In this document: piece after piece, positions 37,143 to 47,548 of the stretch
Layout of the letters: the number at the start of each line of letters is the position of its first letter
How positions within the stretch are numbered: position 1 is the first letter of the stretch
DNA from: Cyanobacteria bacterium auto_48_18
GTDB taxonomy: Bacteria > Cyanobacteriota > Vampirovibrionia > Obscuribacterales > Obscuribacteraceae
Length of the DNA stretch: 64,000 nt
NCBI GenBank assembly: GCA_036170915.1
Contig: JAVHQC010000013.1
Location: 1-64,000 of the forward strand
Direction: 5' to 3'
Made by a program: the position numbers and the translations under genes
The notes under the pieces: generated by a model
The model's database searches: none
The model's input: only the letters and a program-made list of their open reading frames with translations
Told to the model about the DNA's origin: nothing

Positions 37143-38246
37143 TTGGTTGAAATCTTGCCATTAAGACTACCATCAATATTTTCGTCATTAGCTCTCTTGC
37201 TTCTGGCACAATTATTTATTCCAGCTGCCACTGCTGACGATGTGCAATATCTTTTGCACGGTGACGGCGGGCGCCTTGATTGGAATGATCAAAGTCAGCA
37301 GCTAGTGCTGGATCGCCCGAGTGCTAGCGGTTATGCGCGCTTGTGGACCATGGATGGTGACGGGCAAAGTCTGCAATGTATATCGTGCAGCAACCGTAGA
37401 TTACCACTTAAGCACCATGGAAATCCGGCCTGGCACCCAGGTGGTAAGTATATAGTTTTCCAGGCGGTAGATGCAGAGCTTGGCGGCCCACTAGCTAAAT
37501 CTTCAATGCATAGACTGTTTACCAGCCCTGGTTCTGGTGTGCAAAACAATATCTGGATTATGACTGCCGATGGCGTTCGTGTATGGCAAATCACCCGACT
37601 GGGTAAAAACGAGGGTGTTCTGCATCCTCACTTTTCGCCAGATGGCACCAAACTTGTCTGGGCGCAGCGTATCAGCAATGAAGGTGGCATCGGGCGCTGG
37701 AGCATTAAGCTGGCTAATTTTTCTGTGTCAGGCAGCGAGATTGCAGTAAGTGGCATTGCCGATTTGACACCAGGCCAGTTTCTTTTTTATGAAACTCATG
37801 GTTTCTCGCCTGACGGTAAAAGCATTATATTTACTGGAATGCCACCAAAAGGAACGTGTGCTGATTTTGACATCTATACATATAATCTTGAAACCGATAG
37901 CCTCAAATGTTTAACGAACCCCAGCCAAAGGCAATGGGATGAGCATGCGCATTTTACTCCTGATGGCAGGCATATTGTTTGGATGTCTAGCATGGGCAGT
38001 GGACAATCGCCTGCGAAAATGAATCAATTTCAAGTCAAGACTGATTATTGGATTATGAATGCTGATGGTACCAACAAGAAACAAATTAGCTTTTTCAATT
38101 CGCCAAAAGCGTTTTCGAAACAAAAGCGAGTGATATGCAGCGACCTTGCCATTTCGGGCGACGGTAAATATCTTTTTGGCTATGTGCAAGATCCCGGCAC
38201 AATGACCCGCCCAGGATCGGTGGTGCGCCTTACTATTCCTGACTAG
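37143..38246 (+). CDS. Secreted TolB-like (PD40) beta-propeller protein
   Basis: Repeated P.W/F(S/H/T)PDG..I(V/I)F/W motifs; signal peptide. Confidence 0.85.
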   Translation: MVEILPLRLPSIFSSLALLLLAQLFIPAATADDVQYLLHGDGGRLDWNDQSQQLVLDRPSASGYARLWTMDGDGQSLQCISCSNRRLPLKHHGNPAWHPGGKYIVFQAVDAELGGPLAKSSMHRLFTSPGSGVQNNIWIMTADGVRVWQITRLGKNEGVLHPHFSPDGTKLVWAQRISNEGGIGRWSIKLANFSVSGSEIAVSGIADLTPGQFLFYETHGFSPDGKSIIFTGMPPKGTCADFDIYTYNLETDSLKCLTNPSQRQWDEHAHFTPDGRHIVWMSSMGSGQSPAKMNQFQVKTDYWIMNADGTNKKQISFFNSPKAFSKQKRVICSDLAISGDGKYLFGYVQDPGTMTRPGSVVRLTIPD

Positions 38247-38252
38247 TTATTT

Positions 38253-40463
38253 CTATTCGAGAGTCTTAAGTTTAGGCAGACTGCGGTGAAGTCTAGTCTC
38301 GATTTGAGTGGTGGCAAGTTGAAAAGGCAACCTTAGAACTTCAAGTTTTTTGAACTTTTGCATTGAGGCTACACTTTCTTGATCGAGCTTTTCACAATCG
38401 GCTACGTTTAAGTAAATCAATGCAGCTAAGGAAGTGAGCTTTTCTAAGTCAGCACTGGTGAATGAGTTGCTGCGAATTGTAAGGCGATCGAGCGCTTTCA
38501 GTTTACTCAGCTTCTCAAGTTCGGTACTGGTAAAGTCAATATTTTCAAATCTAAGGTTTGTGATTTTCTCTGAACTGGAGAGCAGATCTAAGAGAGGTGA
38601 TATGTTTGGTACACCACCAATGGTTAAAGTCTGAACATATTTGATAAACGGCATTTTTGCAATTTCGGCACCGTCGACATTGGCATTAACTAAAGCGAAG
38701 CGCTTCAAGTCTTTTAGTTTAGAAAGGCTAGCCACACCTTTTTCAGAAAGCACTAGATCATGCAAAAATAGAGCATTGAGTGTTTTTGAACCTTCGAGGT
38801 TGGCCACCAAACTGTCACCATTGCGAAAACCACCCTTAATGGAAAAAGAAGTCAAATCGGTGTCCTGAAAGTGTTTGAGCAATTCAGGATAGGTTCCAAG
38901 AATATAATTCGCTTCCAGGTGGATTTCTTCGCTGGGCATTACGGTGACCAGTCCCTGTGCCTGGCAGATTCTCTGTGTTGTAGGGCTGCCCGTACTTAGC
39001 TTACCCAGAGAGAAACTGGCCGGAAAGTCAAATTGCTTTTGAGTGATACCATTGATTTGCACAAGCTGTGAATATTTTCGCTTACGATTTCTTAGAAAGC
39101 TTTCGGCAGCAATTTTCAAATCTGGATCGATATCGTTTAGATTGAGGGTGCTTCCGTCTAGATCAGCTGCCAGATCGAGTTCTCCGCCAGTTGTCTCAGA
39201 ATGTGACTTTGCCGTTGTGCCAGCTTTTTCTGCCGTTTTGCTTAAGTGTTGTGCACCAGTGGCGATACTAAGGCATAAGAGCAGCAAAGCGGTGGGTATT
39301 AATAATTTCTCTGAGCCAACCAGGGAAAACTTTGCTTTACCAAGCTCACGATCGGGCATTTTTGTGTCTATAGATTTTCCATCAGCAATGCGACTTAAAT
39401 CTGCATGCAGTTCGCTGGCCGACTGATAGCGATCCTCAGGTTTTTTAGCCAAACACTTCTGAATTACTATATCAATTGATGGTGGCAATATTTTGTTTGT
39501 CAAAACATCAGATATAAGAGGTGGTGTCGCTTCGTAGTGCATGATGGCAATGTCCATCGCCGTTTCGCCTTCGAACGGAACAAAACCAGTAAGAGTTTCA
39601 AACAATGTGCAGCCAATTGAATAAATGTCGGATCGCCCATCGACAGTTTGTCCTGTGCACTGCTCAGGACTCATATAATATGGACTGCCAAAAACTTCGC
39701 CCACAGCGGTCAGATTTTGTGTCTGGTCGTTGCCTGCGAGCAGTTTGACAATGCCAAAGTCTAGAATTTTGATATTGACTTGCTCAGGGGTGTTGGTGGT
39801 ACACAGAAAAATATTGGCAGGCTTTAAATCGCGATGGATAATGCCATGGCTGTGGGCATAAATCATGCCGTCGATTAAGGGCAGAAATATTTGTAGTGTT
39901 TTTCTCAGACTCTGTGGGCCTTCTTCAGCTAGCAGCGCTTCGAGGTTTTGACCTTGCAGAAGGTCCATGGAATAAAATGGCACTGAGCCATTATGAACAC
40001 CCAGATCGTATACTTTGACAAAACTGTTGTGATTTAAAGCCGCAAGTGTTTTAGCTTCAGCCTGAAAGCGCAGCCAACTTTGCTCGTTTATTATTTCGGG
40101 AGAGAGTACCTTTAAGGCGAAGGCTTTGTTTAATGTGGCATGTTCAGTATGATAGACGGTGCCCATGCCTCCTTCACCTATGATTGAGACAATTTTGAAA
40201 ATTTTGCCCACTACTGCACCTGGGCCAATAGACATAAGTTGCAGCAAAGTAGGCTCATTACCATGGGTCAACGCTTTGCTAATAGAGCGCTTTTTCATTG
40301 CAGCTCTTTGTGCCGTGCTGGTGCGGCTCAATGAACTGTTTGAAGATCTTTCTGTGGAGCGTCTTTTCCCGCATCTGCAGTAGTTATGCCGAAAGACGAA
40401 CGAGGCCAATGAGCCGACTCGTGGAGCCGGCTGCTTACCGCAGTTTTCGCACTGTTTTAGCAT
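38253..40463 (-). CDS. Ser/Thr kinase - TM - leucine-rich repeat protein (N-terminal Cys cluster)
   Basis: IGEGGMG, HRDLKPAN, DFG, SPE; TM LLIPTALLLLCLSIA; LxxLxxLxL repeats. Confidence 0.92.
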   Translation of the reverse strand: MLKQCENCGKQPAPRVGSLASFVFRHNYCRCGKRRSTERSSNSSLSRTSTAQRAAMKKRSISKALTHGNEPTLLQLMSIGPGAVVGKIFKIVSIIGEGGMGTVYHTEHATLNKAFALKVLSPEIINEQSWLRFQAEAKTLAALNHNSFVKVYDLGVHNGSVPFYSMDLLQGQNLEALLAEEGPQSLRKTLQIFLPLIDGMIYAHSHGIIHRDLKPANIFLCTTNTPEQVNIKILDFGIVKLLAGNDQTQNLTAVGEVFGSPYYMSPEQCTGQTVDGRSDIYSIGCTLFETLTGFVPFEGETAMDIAIMHYEATPPLISDVLTNKILPPSIDIVIQKCLAKKPEDRYQSASELHADLSRIADGKSIDTKMPDRELGKAKFSLVGSEKLLIPTALLLLCLSIATGAQHLSKTAEKAGTTAKSHSETTGGELDLAADLDGSTLNLNDIDPDLKIAAESFLRNRKRKYSQLVQINGITQKQFDFPASFSLGKLSTGSPTTQRICQAQGLVTVMPSEEIHLEANYILGTYPELLKHFQDTDLTSFSIKGGFRNGDSLVANLEGSKTLNALFLHDLVLSEKGVASLSKLKDLKRFALVNANVDGAEIAKMPFIKYVQTLTIGGVPNISPLLDLLSSSEKITNLRFENIDFTSTELEKLSKLKALDRLTIRSNSFTSADLEKLTSLAALIYLNVADCEKLDQESVASMQKFKKLEVLRLPFQLATTQIETRLHRSLPKLKTLE

Positions 40464-40523
40464 GACCTCGAACTTAGTCTTCAGGGATAAATTTGCTAGT
40501 TAGCTATTCTAATTTTTTTGCTT

Positions 40524-42197
40524 TTACTTTTCTACCTGCTTTGCTTTTCGAGCGAATTTTGTTCTATTGAAAAGCCTGGCTAAAAGTGAGGGTTCGGTTT
40601 GGGGTTTAGGCTTGACTTTGACCGCAAGATCAGGGTTTGGCGGTAAGGTAGATTCAATAGTTTTCAATTGGCTTTTGATAGCATCGGCTTGCTCTTTGCG
40701 CCCTAAGGCAAGATTGCTTTCATAAGCGAAGCAAAGTAATGGCAAACCGACAAAGTGTTTACTTCCAAACAGCATATTTTGCGTGTGCATTGGCAGTGAC
40801 ACCATCTCCAATACTTTTTCGTATTTTTTCATGCGAAAAAGTACATGAGCGAGGCTGGTGCGAATTTGAATATCGTCGGTCAGGTCTAAAGCCTGGTCAC
40901 TTTGCAATTGAGATGAAATCGCTAATGCTCTTTCGCCGCACCTCAAAGCCTCATTTTCATCGTTCGCTATTGCCAGAAGAAAGCAGAACGATGCATAGTG
41001 TAAGGCGCCCAGAGGCCCAGTCAGCAGAGATTGACTTTCAAGGCACTTGAGTCGACTCTGAATCTTTTCGCGTAGCCCATGATTTTTCTTGCATTCGCTG
41101 TTTGGACAGGACAGTGCCATCACAGCTTGTTCAAATGGATAGGGTGTGTACTCAATGCGCTCCGCTTCGCGTAATGCAGCTTTGAAAGCATTTTTTGCCT
41201 CCCAGTCTTTATCAGTTCTCGCAAAGTGCACACCAACACGGTCCAGGCTTTCCCAGCGCGCCCATCGATTTTCGTCTTGCTTGGCTCTGGCTATTGCTTT
41301 AGATTGTCTGAACGCCACGGATAGCGGTTGTGAGAAGTTATCGCTTAACCAATCAATCGCTGACGGCACTGACTGCCAGGCATGAAAAGTATCTGTGAAA
41401 TATTTTTGCAAGTCGGCAGAAGTCTCGCCATTTTCATCGTTGGCCTGGTCTCGCTCAGTGATCTTGCCATCCATAAGGCGCACTGCTGTGATTGTTCCTT
41501 CAGCAAAAGCTTGATTTAGCGCCCCCCTTGAAATTGCGGTATCGCCGGCAATGCCAAAGTGCGCCAGGGCGTTCAAATAATGCCAACCCTCGCCAAAGTT
41601 TGGATGGTCAAAAAGGAAATTTTTCGCCTTGTGATACTCGCTATTTTGAATCATCAAACTGGCTGCTAGATGGCGCACAATTATTTGATTTTCGCTCCAG
41701 AGTTTATCGTCATGATCTCTCATGGCTGTGAGCGCTATTTTGACTGCTTCTTCTTTCTCGCCTGCATTCCAGGTAATTTGCCCGCGGTCGACCATAGCTT
41801 CTGCCAGCGTGCGAGCATTGATGCTATATTTCTTAAATTGATTTTGAGCGATTTCTCGTTCGATACCCTGTGTTGCTTTTTGCGCGTATAGCATGGCCGT
41901 CTGCCAGTTTTCAGCACCTTCTCGCGCTAACACCAGCCACGCCAGCGAGCAGTGGCCGCCGCTTATTTCTATACACTGTTGGGCTGCTGCCAGGCGTTCA
42001 TCGGTACTCGCCGCAGTCAGGCTTTGTTTCAGGAAGTTGCTAATTATTGAATCTGTATCTGACTGAGAATTTTTATTATTACTGTTACCGCTGTGGCTAA
42101 AATTGCATACTTTAAGTAAGTCATGGTGCGGCCCTTCTCTCAGAACAACAAATTTTTCTGCCTTTTCTTTAGTCAGTGTTGCTAAATTGGTCTGCAT
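40524..42197 (-). CDS. TPR-like repeat protein (paralog of 30766-32373)
   Basis: CSLAWLVLARE, WHYLNALAHFGIAGDTAISRGAL, AW..VPSAIDWL, RWARWE, ALREAERI. Confidence 0.75.
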   Translation of the reverse strand: MQTNLATLTKEKAEKFVVLREGPHHDLLKVCNFSHSGNSNNKNSQSDTDSIISNFLKQSLTAASTDERLAAAQQCIEISGGHCSLAWLVLAREGAENWQTAMLYAQKATQGIEREIAQNQFKKYSINARTLAEAMVDRGQITWNAGEKEEAVKIALTAMRDHDDKLWSENQIIVRHLAASLMIQNSEYHKAKNFLFDHPNFGEGWHYLNALAHFGIAGDTAISRGALNQAFAEGTITAVRLMDGKITERDQANDENGETSADLQKYFTDTFHAWQSVPSAIDWLSDNFSQPLSVAFRQSKAIARAKQDENRWARWESLDRVGVHFARTDKDWEAKNAFKAALREAERIEYTPYPFEQAVMALSCPNSECKKNHGLREKIQSRLKCLESQSLLTGPLGALHYASFCFLLAIANDENEALRCGERALAISSQLQSDQALDLTDDIQIRTSLAHVLFRMKKYEKVLEMVSLPMHTQNMLFGSKHFVGLPLLCFAYESNLALGRKEQADAIKSQLKTIESTLPPNPDLAVKVKPKPQTEPSLLARLFNRTKFARKAKQVEK

Positions 42198-42260
42198 TCA
42201 ATCTTTCCTATCCTCCACGCAAATTTTTCAGAGCCCCTCACTTGATGGCCTCTAAAAAGC

Positions 42261-42289
42261 TATACGTTTGCGGATGTGGAAAAGTTCAA
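42261..42289 (-). promoter_or_regulatory. Putative ECF promoter TTGAAC...CGTATA
   Basis: Minus strand TTGAACTTTTCCACATCCGCAAACGTATA, co-linear with the site at 33570-33598. Confidence 0.4.
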
Positions 42290-42366
42290 CCAAACTGGCC
42301 ATTGGCAAAACTAAAAATCTTAAATGGTCAAAAAAATAGTATTAAAGACAGTTTGTATTTTCTGCC

Positions 42367-44436
42367 TTAATCTGGAATTCGGATCTCTAGATCAGGTCTG
42401 TTTTTCTTCAGTGCTGCCAGAACATCTTTTGCAAACATATCGTCGCTGACAGTAAGGATTTTCAGATTTTTAAACTTTGTTAGTAATGCTAAAGATTTTG
42501 GGGTCAGGCCCCGGCAGCGGTGCATATTGATGTCAACTACCGGCGCCTTTAATTTGGTCAGTTTGGCGAGCTGATTATCTGTAGTTTTATTGTCTCTGAT
42601 ATTGAGGAACGTAAGGTTTTTCAGCCTTGATATCAATTCATAGTCTTGATCATTGAGGTCGCTTCTAGCAATACTAAGATGGGTTATTCGTTGCTTTGCC
42701 ACCAAAACCTTTAGCAGGTCGGTGACTTGCAGCTTATAGTCAACATCGAGAACGCTGACTCTTGACCACATTTTGAGCGGTGCCATAGCCCCAGCGGTTA
42801 TGGGGTTTTCCGAGAGATTTAAACGCTCAACATCTGGAACTCTGTCGATCCATTTTAAATCGACGGTCTGCAATTCTCTTTCTTTTTTGAAATCCAACTG
42901 CGACAAACCGCGCATTTTGCAAACAAAATCGCCGATACGTGGATGGCTTTCGGGCAAATATCTGACAGCCAAAACTGCTAGTTCGTTCGGCCGAAAATAT
43001 GTCAGCAATTCAGGATAATTGGCGGTGGTAATTCCCGTTTCAAAGCCCAGACGAGTGCCTTTGGGAACGACGATTTGGCCTTGTGCATCTTTGTGAATTT
43101 CTCTTTGATTAGTCCTTTGATACCAAATTTTGCCCAGGGAGAATTTTTCTGGAAAATCAAATTGCAGAAAATCTTTGCCTCTTATTTTGACTGCATGACT
43201 GTATGGCTCTTTATTCTTCGCCAAAAATTGTTTAACCAGATCGCTTTCAACTTTGCCAAGTTTCTGTACTTTTGGAGCTATAGATTTTTCAAAAAGATCA
43301 TCACTAGCCTGTGCATACTGCGTTGGCTTAAACTCGTGCAAACCACTCACCTTAAGATTGTCGTGCGGCACGCCGGTGTTGGTGAATGCGGTTTTTAGCA
43401 CCGTGTAGGCTAAGGCTGCAGTCAAAATCACGGCAATGGGAATGGCGACCATCAACAGCCGCTTTCTTTTGTTAGTGTCGATATTTTGAGTTTCTTCAAT
43501 TGAGCTAGATAGCTCAGCAATTTTTGTCTTTGCCGATTCACGTGGGCTAATTTCTTTGCCGGCTTTTAAAATCTTCAATTGTTCGGCCACATCATAGAGA
43601 GATGTTGGTCGCTGTTCTGGAGCTTTGCTCATCAAATTGGCCACTATGGCTTCGAGGGCCGGCGGAAACAAAGTGTTGACCGCTACCTCGCTCATGGAAG
43701 GTGGGCTAGCGGTCTGGTGCAAAGCGATTGTTTCAATAGCGCTTTTGCCGAGTAATGGCGGCTTGCCGGTAAGCGCTTGAAACATGGTGACACCAACCGA
43801 GTACATGTCGGTTCTGTAGTCGACTTTTTGACCGAGCGATTGCTCTGGGCTCATGTAAAGCGGGCTGCCGAAGACTTCACCCGGTTTGGTTAGACCCTGA
43901 TGAACATTGGTATCGTACGACAATAATTTGGCAATGCCGAAATCGACAAGCTTAACCTGGCCTGTGCCAGATAAAATCATGATGTTACCCGGCTTGATAT
44001 CGCGATGAATAATGCCGCGATCGTGAGCGTAACCAAGACCATTGCAGATTTGCTCGAAAATGGGCAAAGCATCTTCCACAGACAGGCGGCCGTTTTCATC
44101 AAGTCGATCCGCAAGTGATTCACCCTGCAGATAATCCATGGTGTAGAACGGCAATCCACCTGCCGTCTGGCTCATATCATAAATTTTGATGATATTGAGA
44201 TGATCAACTCTGGCAATAGCCTGTGCTTCAGTGCGAAATCGCTGCCAAACCTCCGTTGACACCTGATCTTGCTGTAAGACTTTCATCGCAAGAACTTTTG
44301 CCAAAATCAAATGTTCTACTTTGAAGACCTTGCCCATGCCTCCCTGGCCGATGAAATCCAAAATTTTGTAGGTGTCGGCGACAATGGCTCCGACCTCAAA
44401 AGATTCATTATTTTGGCCAGGCTGCTGGAAATTCAT
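42367..44436 (-). CDS. Ser/Thr kinase - TM - leucine-rich repeat protein
   Basis: IGQGGMG, HRDIKPGN, DFG, GSPLYMSPE; TM LLMVAIPIAVILTAALAYTVL; LRRs. Confidence 0.93.
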   Translation of the reverse strand: MNFQQPGQNNESFEVGAIVADTYKILDFIGQGGMGKVFKVEHLILAKVLAMKVLQQDQVSTEVWQRFRTEAQAIARVDHLNIIKIYDMSQTAGGLPFYTMDYLQGESLADRLDENGRLSVEDALPIFEQICNGLGYAHDRGIIHRDIKPGNIMILSGTGQVKLVDFGIAKLLSYDTNVHQGLTKPGEVFGSPLYMSPEQSLGQKVDYRTDMYSVGVTMFQALTGKPPLLGKSAIETIALHQTASPPSMSEVAVNTLFPPALEAIVANLMSKAPEQRPTSLYDVAEQLKILKAGKEISPRESAKTKIAELSSSIEETQNIDTNKRKRLLMVAIPIAVILTAALAYTVLKTAFTNTGVPHDNLKVSGLHEFKPTQYAQASDDLFEKSIAPKVQKLGKVESDLVKQFLAKNKEPYSHAVKIRGKDFLQFDFPEKFSLGKIWYQRTNQREIHKDAQGQIVVPKGTRLGFETGITTANYPELLTYFRPNELAVLAVRYLPESHPRIGDFVCKMRGLSQLDFKKERELQTVDLKWIDRVPDVERLNLSENPITAGAMAPLKMWSRVSVLDVDYKLQVTDLLKVLVAKQRITHLSIARSDLNDQDYELISRLKNLTFLNIRDNKTTDNQLAKLTKLKAPVVDINMHRCRGLTPKSLALLTKFKNLKILTVSDDMFAKDVLAALKKNRPDLEIRIPD

Positions 44437-44513
44437 TTTTTATGTGTTGAGCTTCACTGTTCATGCGAAAATAACCTCAACAGTATAATCCAGTATCTAA
44501 TTGGAGACATTTT

Positions 44514-46490
44514 TTGCTGGATGCGTGTAATCCACAGTTAAAAGTCGGCCGCCTCATAGATGGCACGTATAAAGTGCTTGAATTTGTGGGGCAGGGTGCC
44601 ATGGGCACCGTGTACAAAGTTGAACATAAAGTTCTCAATCGGGTGCTGGCACTCAAAATTTTGCAAGTTGATAATCTTACCCAGAGTGTCTGGAAGCGAT
44701 TTCAGCTTGAGGGCAAAGCCATTGCCAGAATTGAACACCCGAATGTAATCAAGATCTATGACCTCAACAAGACTGAAGACGGTCAAGCTTATTACACGAT
44801 GGAATTTCTTTCTGGACTCTCCATGGGAGATTATCTGGCGGCCAATGGACGTTTTGCTCTGGCCGATGCCTTACCAATATTTCGGCAAGTTTGCAGCGGC
44901 CTTCAAAGCGCCCATGATTCTGGCATTATTCACCGCGATATCAAACCCGGAAATATCATGCTTGTTAAAAGTGAGCCGTCTGTGCCCATTTCGCAGTGCA
45001 CGGCAAAAATTGTTGATTTTGGCATTGTCAAAATTGCCGACAGTACTAATTTGAGCACTCTTGCTTTGACTCGACCCGGAGAAATTTTTGGTACGCCATT
45101 TTACATGAGCCCTGAGCAGTGTGCTGGTGGTCACCTTGACCAACGCAGTGATATTTATTCGCTGGGAGTGACATTCTTTCAGGCGCTAACCGGTGAACCG
45201 CCTTTGTGTGGTCGCAACGCTGTAGAAACTACACTGCTTCATCACACCACTGTGCCGCTTTCGCTTAATGAGACTGTGGGTGAGCATTTATACCCGGCCG
45301 CACTGGAAGACATTATCGCTAAAATGCTTGAGAAGGCTCCTGAAGATCGTTATGCATCAATGGCTGAAGTGGAAGATGCATTGCTTTCTGTAAGCGACGG
45401 CCCAGGAGGAAAATCTTCTCGTAGGACTTTGCCGCGGGCTGCTCTGAATACGGAGACGTCTGGCAATACTCAATCGCAAACCCAAACACGCGCATTCAAA
45501 ATTTTCAGCAAAATGTCCATGCTATTGCTCTCATTTTTGATTGTGGGTGTTGCATCAGTAAGTATTTTGGCTGGAACATTGTTTCCCACTAAATCTGTAA
45601 GCACTGTAAAAATTCAGTACACCACTGATGGTGCCGAAAAGTATCTTCCCGGCGCAGAAATATCCAGCACCGATTCAAGCCTAGCGCGTCAGTATATTGC
45701 CTCCAGACCAAGACCATACTTTCAGTCTCAGACAGATACAGCGCGTATTTTCCATTTTCCCGACAAATTTTCATTGGGCGAAATCAGAGGTCAAAACGGA
45801 TTTACTAACACTTTCAATCGCGAGGCGCGTGGCGAGATGCATTTGCCGCGCTATGTCATGTTGAAATTAGATGCCAGTCCTATTGTTTTTCTCGAGCCAA
45901 AACTGATGGAGTATTTTGCTCCTTCAAGTTTAGATTGGTTTGCCATCGAGGGCGAAAATAGACGCGTCAAGGAGCTTGTCAGAAGCCTTGCTCGAATAAA
46001 ATCACTGCAATATCTGGAACTTAAAAATTGCGATTTACTTGAAAGCGATTTGCCCTACATTGAAAAGTTTGAAAAACTCAGGTTGTTGGATTTGCGATTT
46101 TCGGGCATTGACGGAATTAGCCTGGCAAAACTGCGCAACTTAAAGCAACTCAAAATTTTATGCATTGATGGTATTCCCAATGTCGCACCGGTTCTTAGAG
46201 AGCTTGTTTTGGGGAACAACATTGAAGCGCTATCGGTAAATAATTGCATTTTGACTCAAGCTGATTTTTCTACCATTGCACGTATGAAAAAATTGACCAA
46301 TTTGTATTTGCGCAATACTTCACTTACCGATAAAGGTCTGGCTCAATTGACTTGTCTTGATCTGAGGACTTTAAACATTATTGGCTGCGATAAGCTCAGC
46401 GCGAAATCAACCACTCTGCTGAAGAAATTTAGGCACATGAAAGAGCTGAAGCTGCCTACTGTTCACTCCTGGAATGAATTGCTTAAGTAA
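44514..46490 (+). CDS. Ser/Thr kinase - TM - leucine-rich repeat protein
   Basis: VGQGAMG, HRDIKPGN, DFG, GTPFYMSPE; TM; LRRs. Start codon uncertain. Confidence 0.92.
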   Translation: MLDACNPQLKVGRLIDGTYKVLEFVGQGAMGTVYKVEHKVLNRVLALKILQVDNLTQSVWKRFQLEGKAIARIEHPNVIKIYDLNKTEDGQAYYTMEFLSGLSMGDYLAANGRFALADALPIFRQVCSGLQSAHDSGIIHRDIKPGNIMLVKSEPSVPISQCTAKIVDFGIVKIADSTNLSTLALTRPGEIFGTPFYMSPEQCAGGHLDQRSDIYSLGVTFFQALTGEPPLCGRNAVETTLLHHTTVPLSLNETVGEHLYPAALEDIIAKMLEKAPEDRYASMAEVEDALLSVSDGPGGKSSRRTLPRAALNTETSGNTQSQTQTRAFKIFSKMSMLLLSFLIVGVASVSILAGTLFPTKSVSTVKIQYTTDGAEKYLPGAEISSTDSSLARQYIASRPRPYFQSQTDTARIFHFPDKFSLGEIRGQNGFTNTFNREARGEMHLPRYVMLKLDASPIVFLEPKLMEYFAPSSLDWFAIEGENRRVKELVRSLARIKSLQYLELKNCDLLESDLPYIEKFEKLRLLDLRFSGIDGISLAKLRNLKQLKILCIDGIPNVAPVLRELVLGNNIEALSVNNCILTQADFSTIARMKKLTNLYLRNTSLTDKGLAQLTCLDLRTLNIIGCDKLSAKSTTLLKKFRHMKELKLPTVHSWNELLK

Positions 46491-46625
46491 ATGCTTTCAG
46501 CTTCAGTTGGCTGTCAAGCGCTTTCGAATGCAAATACTTAGTTAGCATCTGAGTGCCCACCGAGCCATTCGCGTTAGCATATAGCCTGCTGATTTGAAGA
46601 ACAGCTAGTTGCAAGGAGATTGATC

Positions 46626-47525
46626 ATGCGCCATCCCAACGTTCCCGAGTCATTGGAAGGTTGGTGGATACTCCACCGTATGTTTGCAGTAGACCGACTT
46701 TTTTGGGACGAACTGGAACAAGAAGAACGTGAAGAAATCGTTCGTGAGGCTACTGCTGCCCTTTCAACGCTTCAGAAAAGTGAGAATACTGACGTCGGTT
46801 TGGCTCAAATGCTGGGGCACAAAGCTGACTTGATGCTCACACACTACAGCAAAGATTATGACGGGCTGGCTCACGCACAAACTGTTGTCGACAAACTGCG
46901 TCTGTCTAATTTTCTCACGCCAATTTCATCGTATGTCTCTGTTCTTGAATTGGGTCTATACGAAGCCACAGGAAAAATACATGCCGCTCTGGCTGAGCAA
47001 GGCCTCAAGGCGAACTCGCCTGAGTGGATTGCTGCTTTTGATGCAAAAGTTGCAGAGCAAGAGAAAATTCCTCATTTTGGTGGTCGTCTCTGGGCGCGCA
47101 TTCCACAACGTCGTTATGTTTGCTTCTACCCCATGGATAAGAAGCGTGGCGAACACGTTAACTGGTACACGCTTCCTTATGAAGAGCGCGGTAAGTTGAT
47201 GATCGAACACGGCAAAATCGGTAGAACTTATGCCGGTCTTGTAACGCAAGTGATCTCCGGTTCTATTGGTTTCGACAAAAACGAGTGGGGCGTGGATCTT
47301 TACGCAGACGATCCGATGGTCTTTAAGAAATTGATTTACGAAATGCGCTTCGATGAAGCTAGCTCCAAATATGGTGACTTTGGTGATTTCTATTCGGGCA
47401 TACAGTTCTCACTCGATCAGCTGGCAACATATTTAGACGGCACTGCTGTGCCGGCGCTCAATGTGCTGGAGCCGGCTGGTGGCGGCCGCCCAGGTGGCAG
47501 ACCAGAACCAGCTACGAGACCTTAG
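46626..47525 (+). CDS. chdC: Coproheme decarboxylase (chlorite-dismutase-like family)
   Basis: LEGWWILH, GHKADLM, SYVSVLEL, FYPMDKKR...NWYTLP.EER..LM.EHG.IGR, GFD..EWGV.L, YEMRFDE.S; RBS AGGAG. Confidence 0.88.
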   Translation: MRHPNVPESLEGWWILHRMFAVDRLFWDELEQEEREEIVREATAALSTLQKSENTDVGLAQMLGHKADLMLTHYSKDYDGLAHAQTVVDKLRLSNFLTPISSYVSVLELGLYEATGKIHAALAEQGLKANSPEWIAAFDAKVAEQEKIPHFGGRLWARIPQRRYVCFYPMDKKRGEHVNWYTLPYEERGKLMIEHGKIGRTYAGLVTQVISGSIGFDKNEWGVDLYADDPMVFKKLIYEMRFDEASSKYGDFGDFYSGIQFSLDQLATYLDGTAVPALNVLEPAGGGRPGGRPEPATRP

Positions 47526-47548
47526 GCTCCCTTATATTTCGCTTACCG

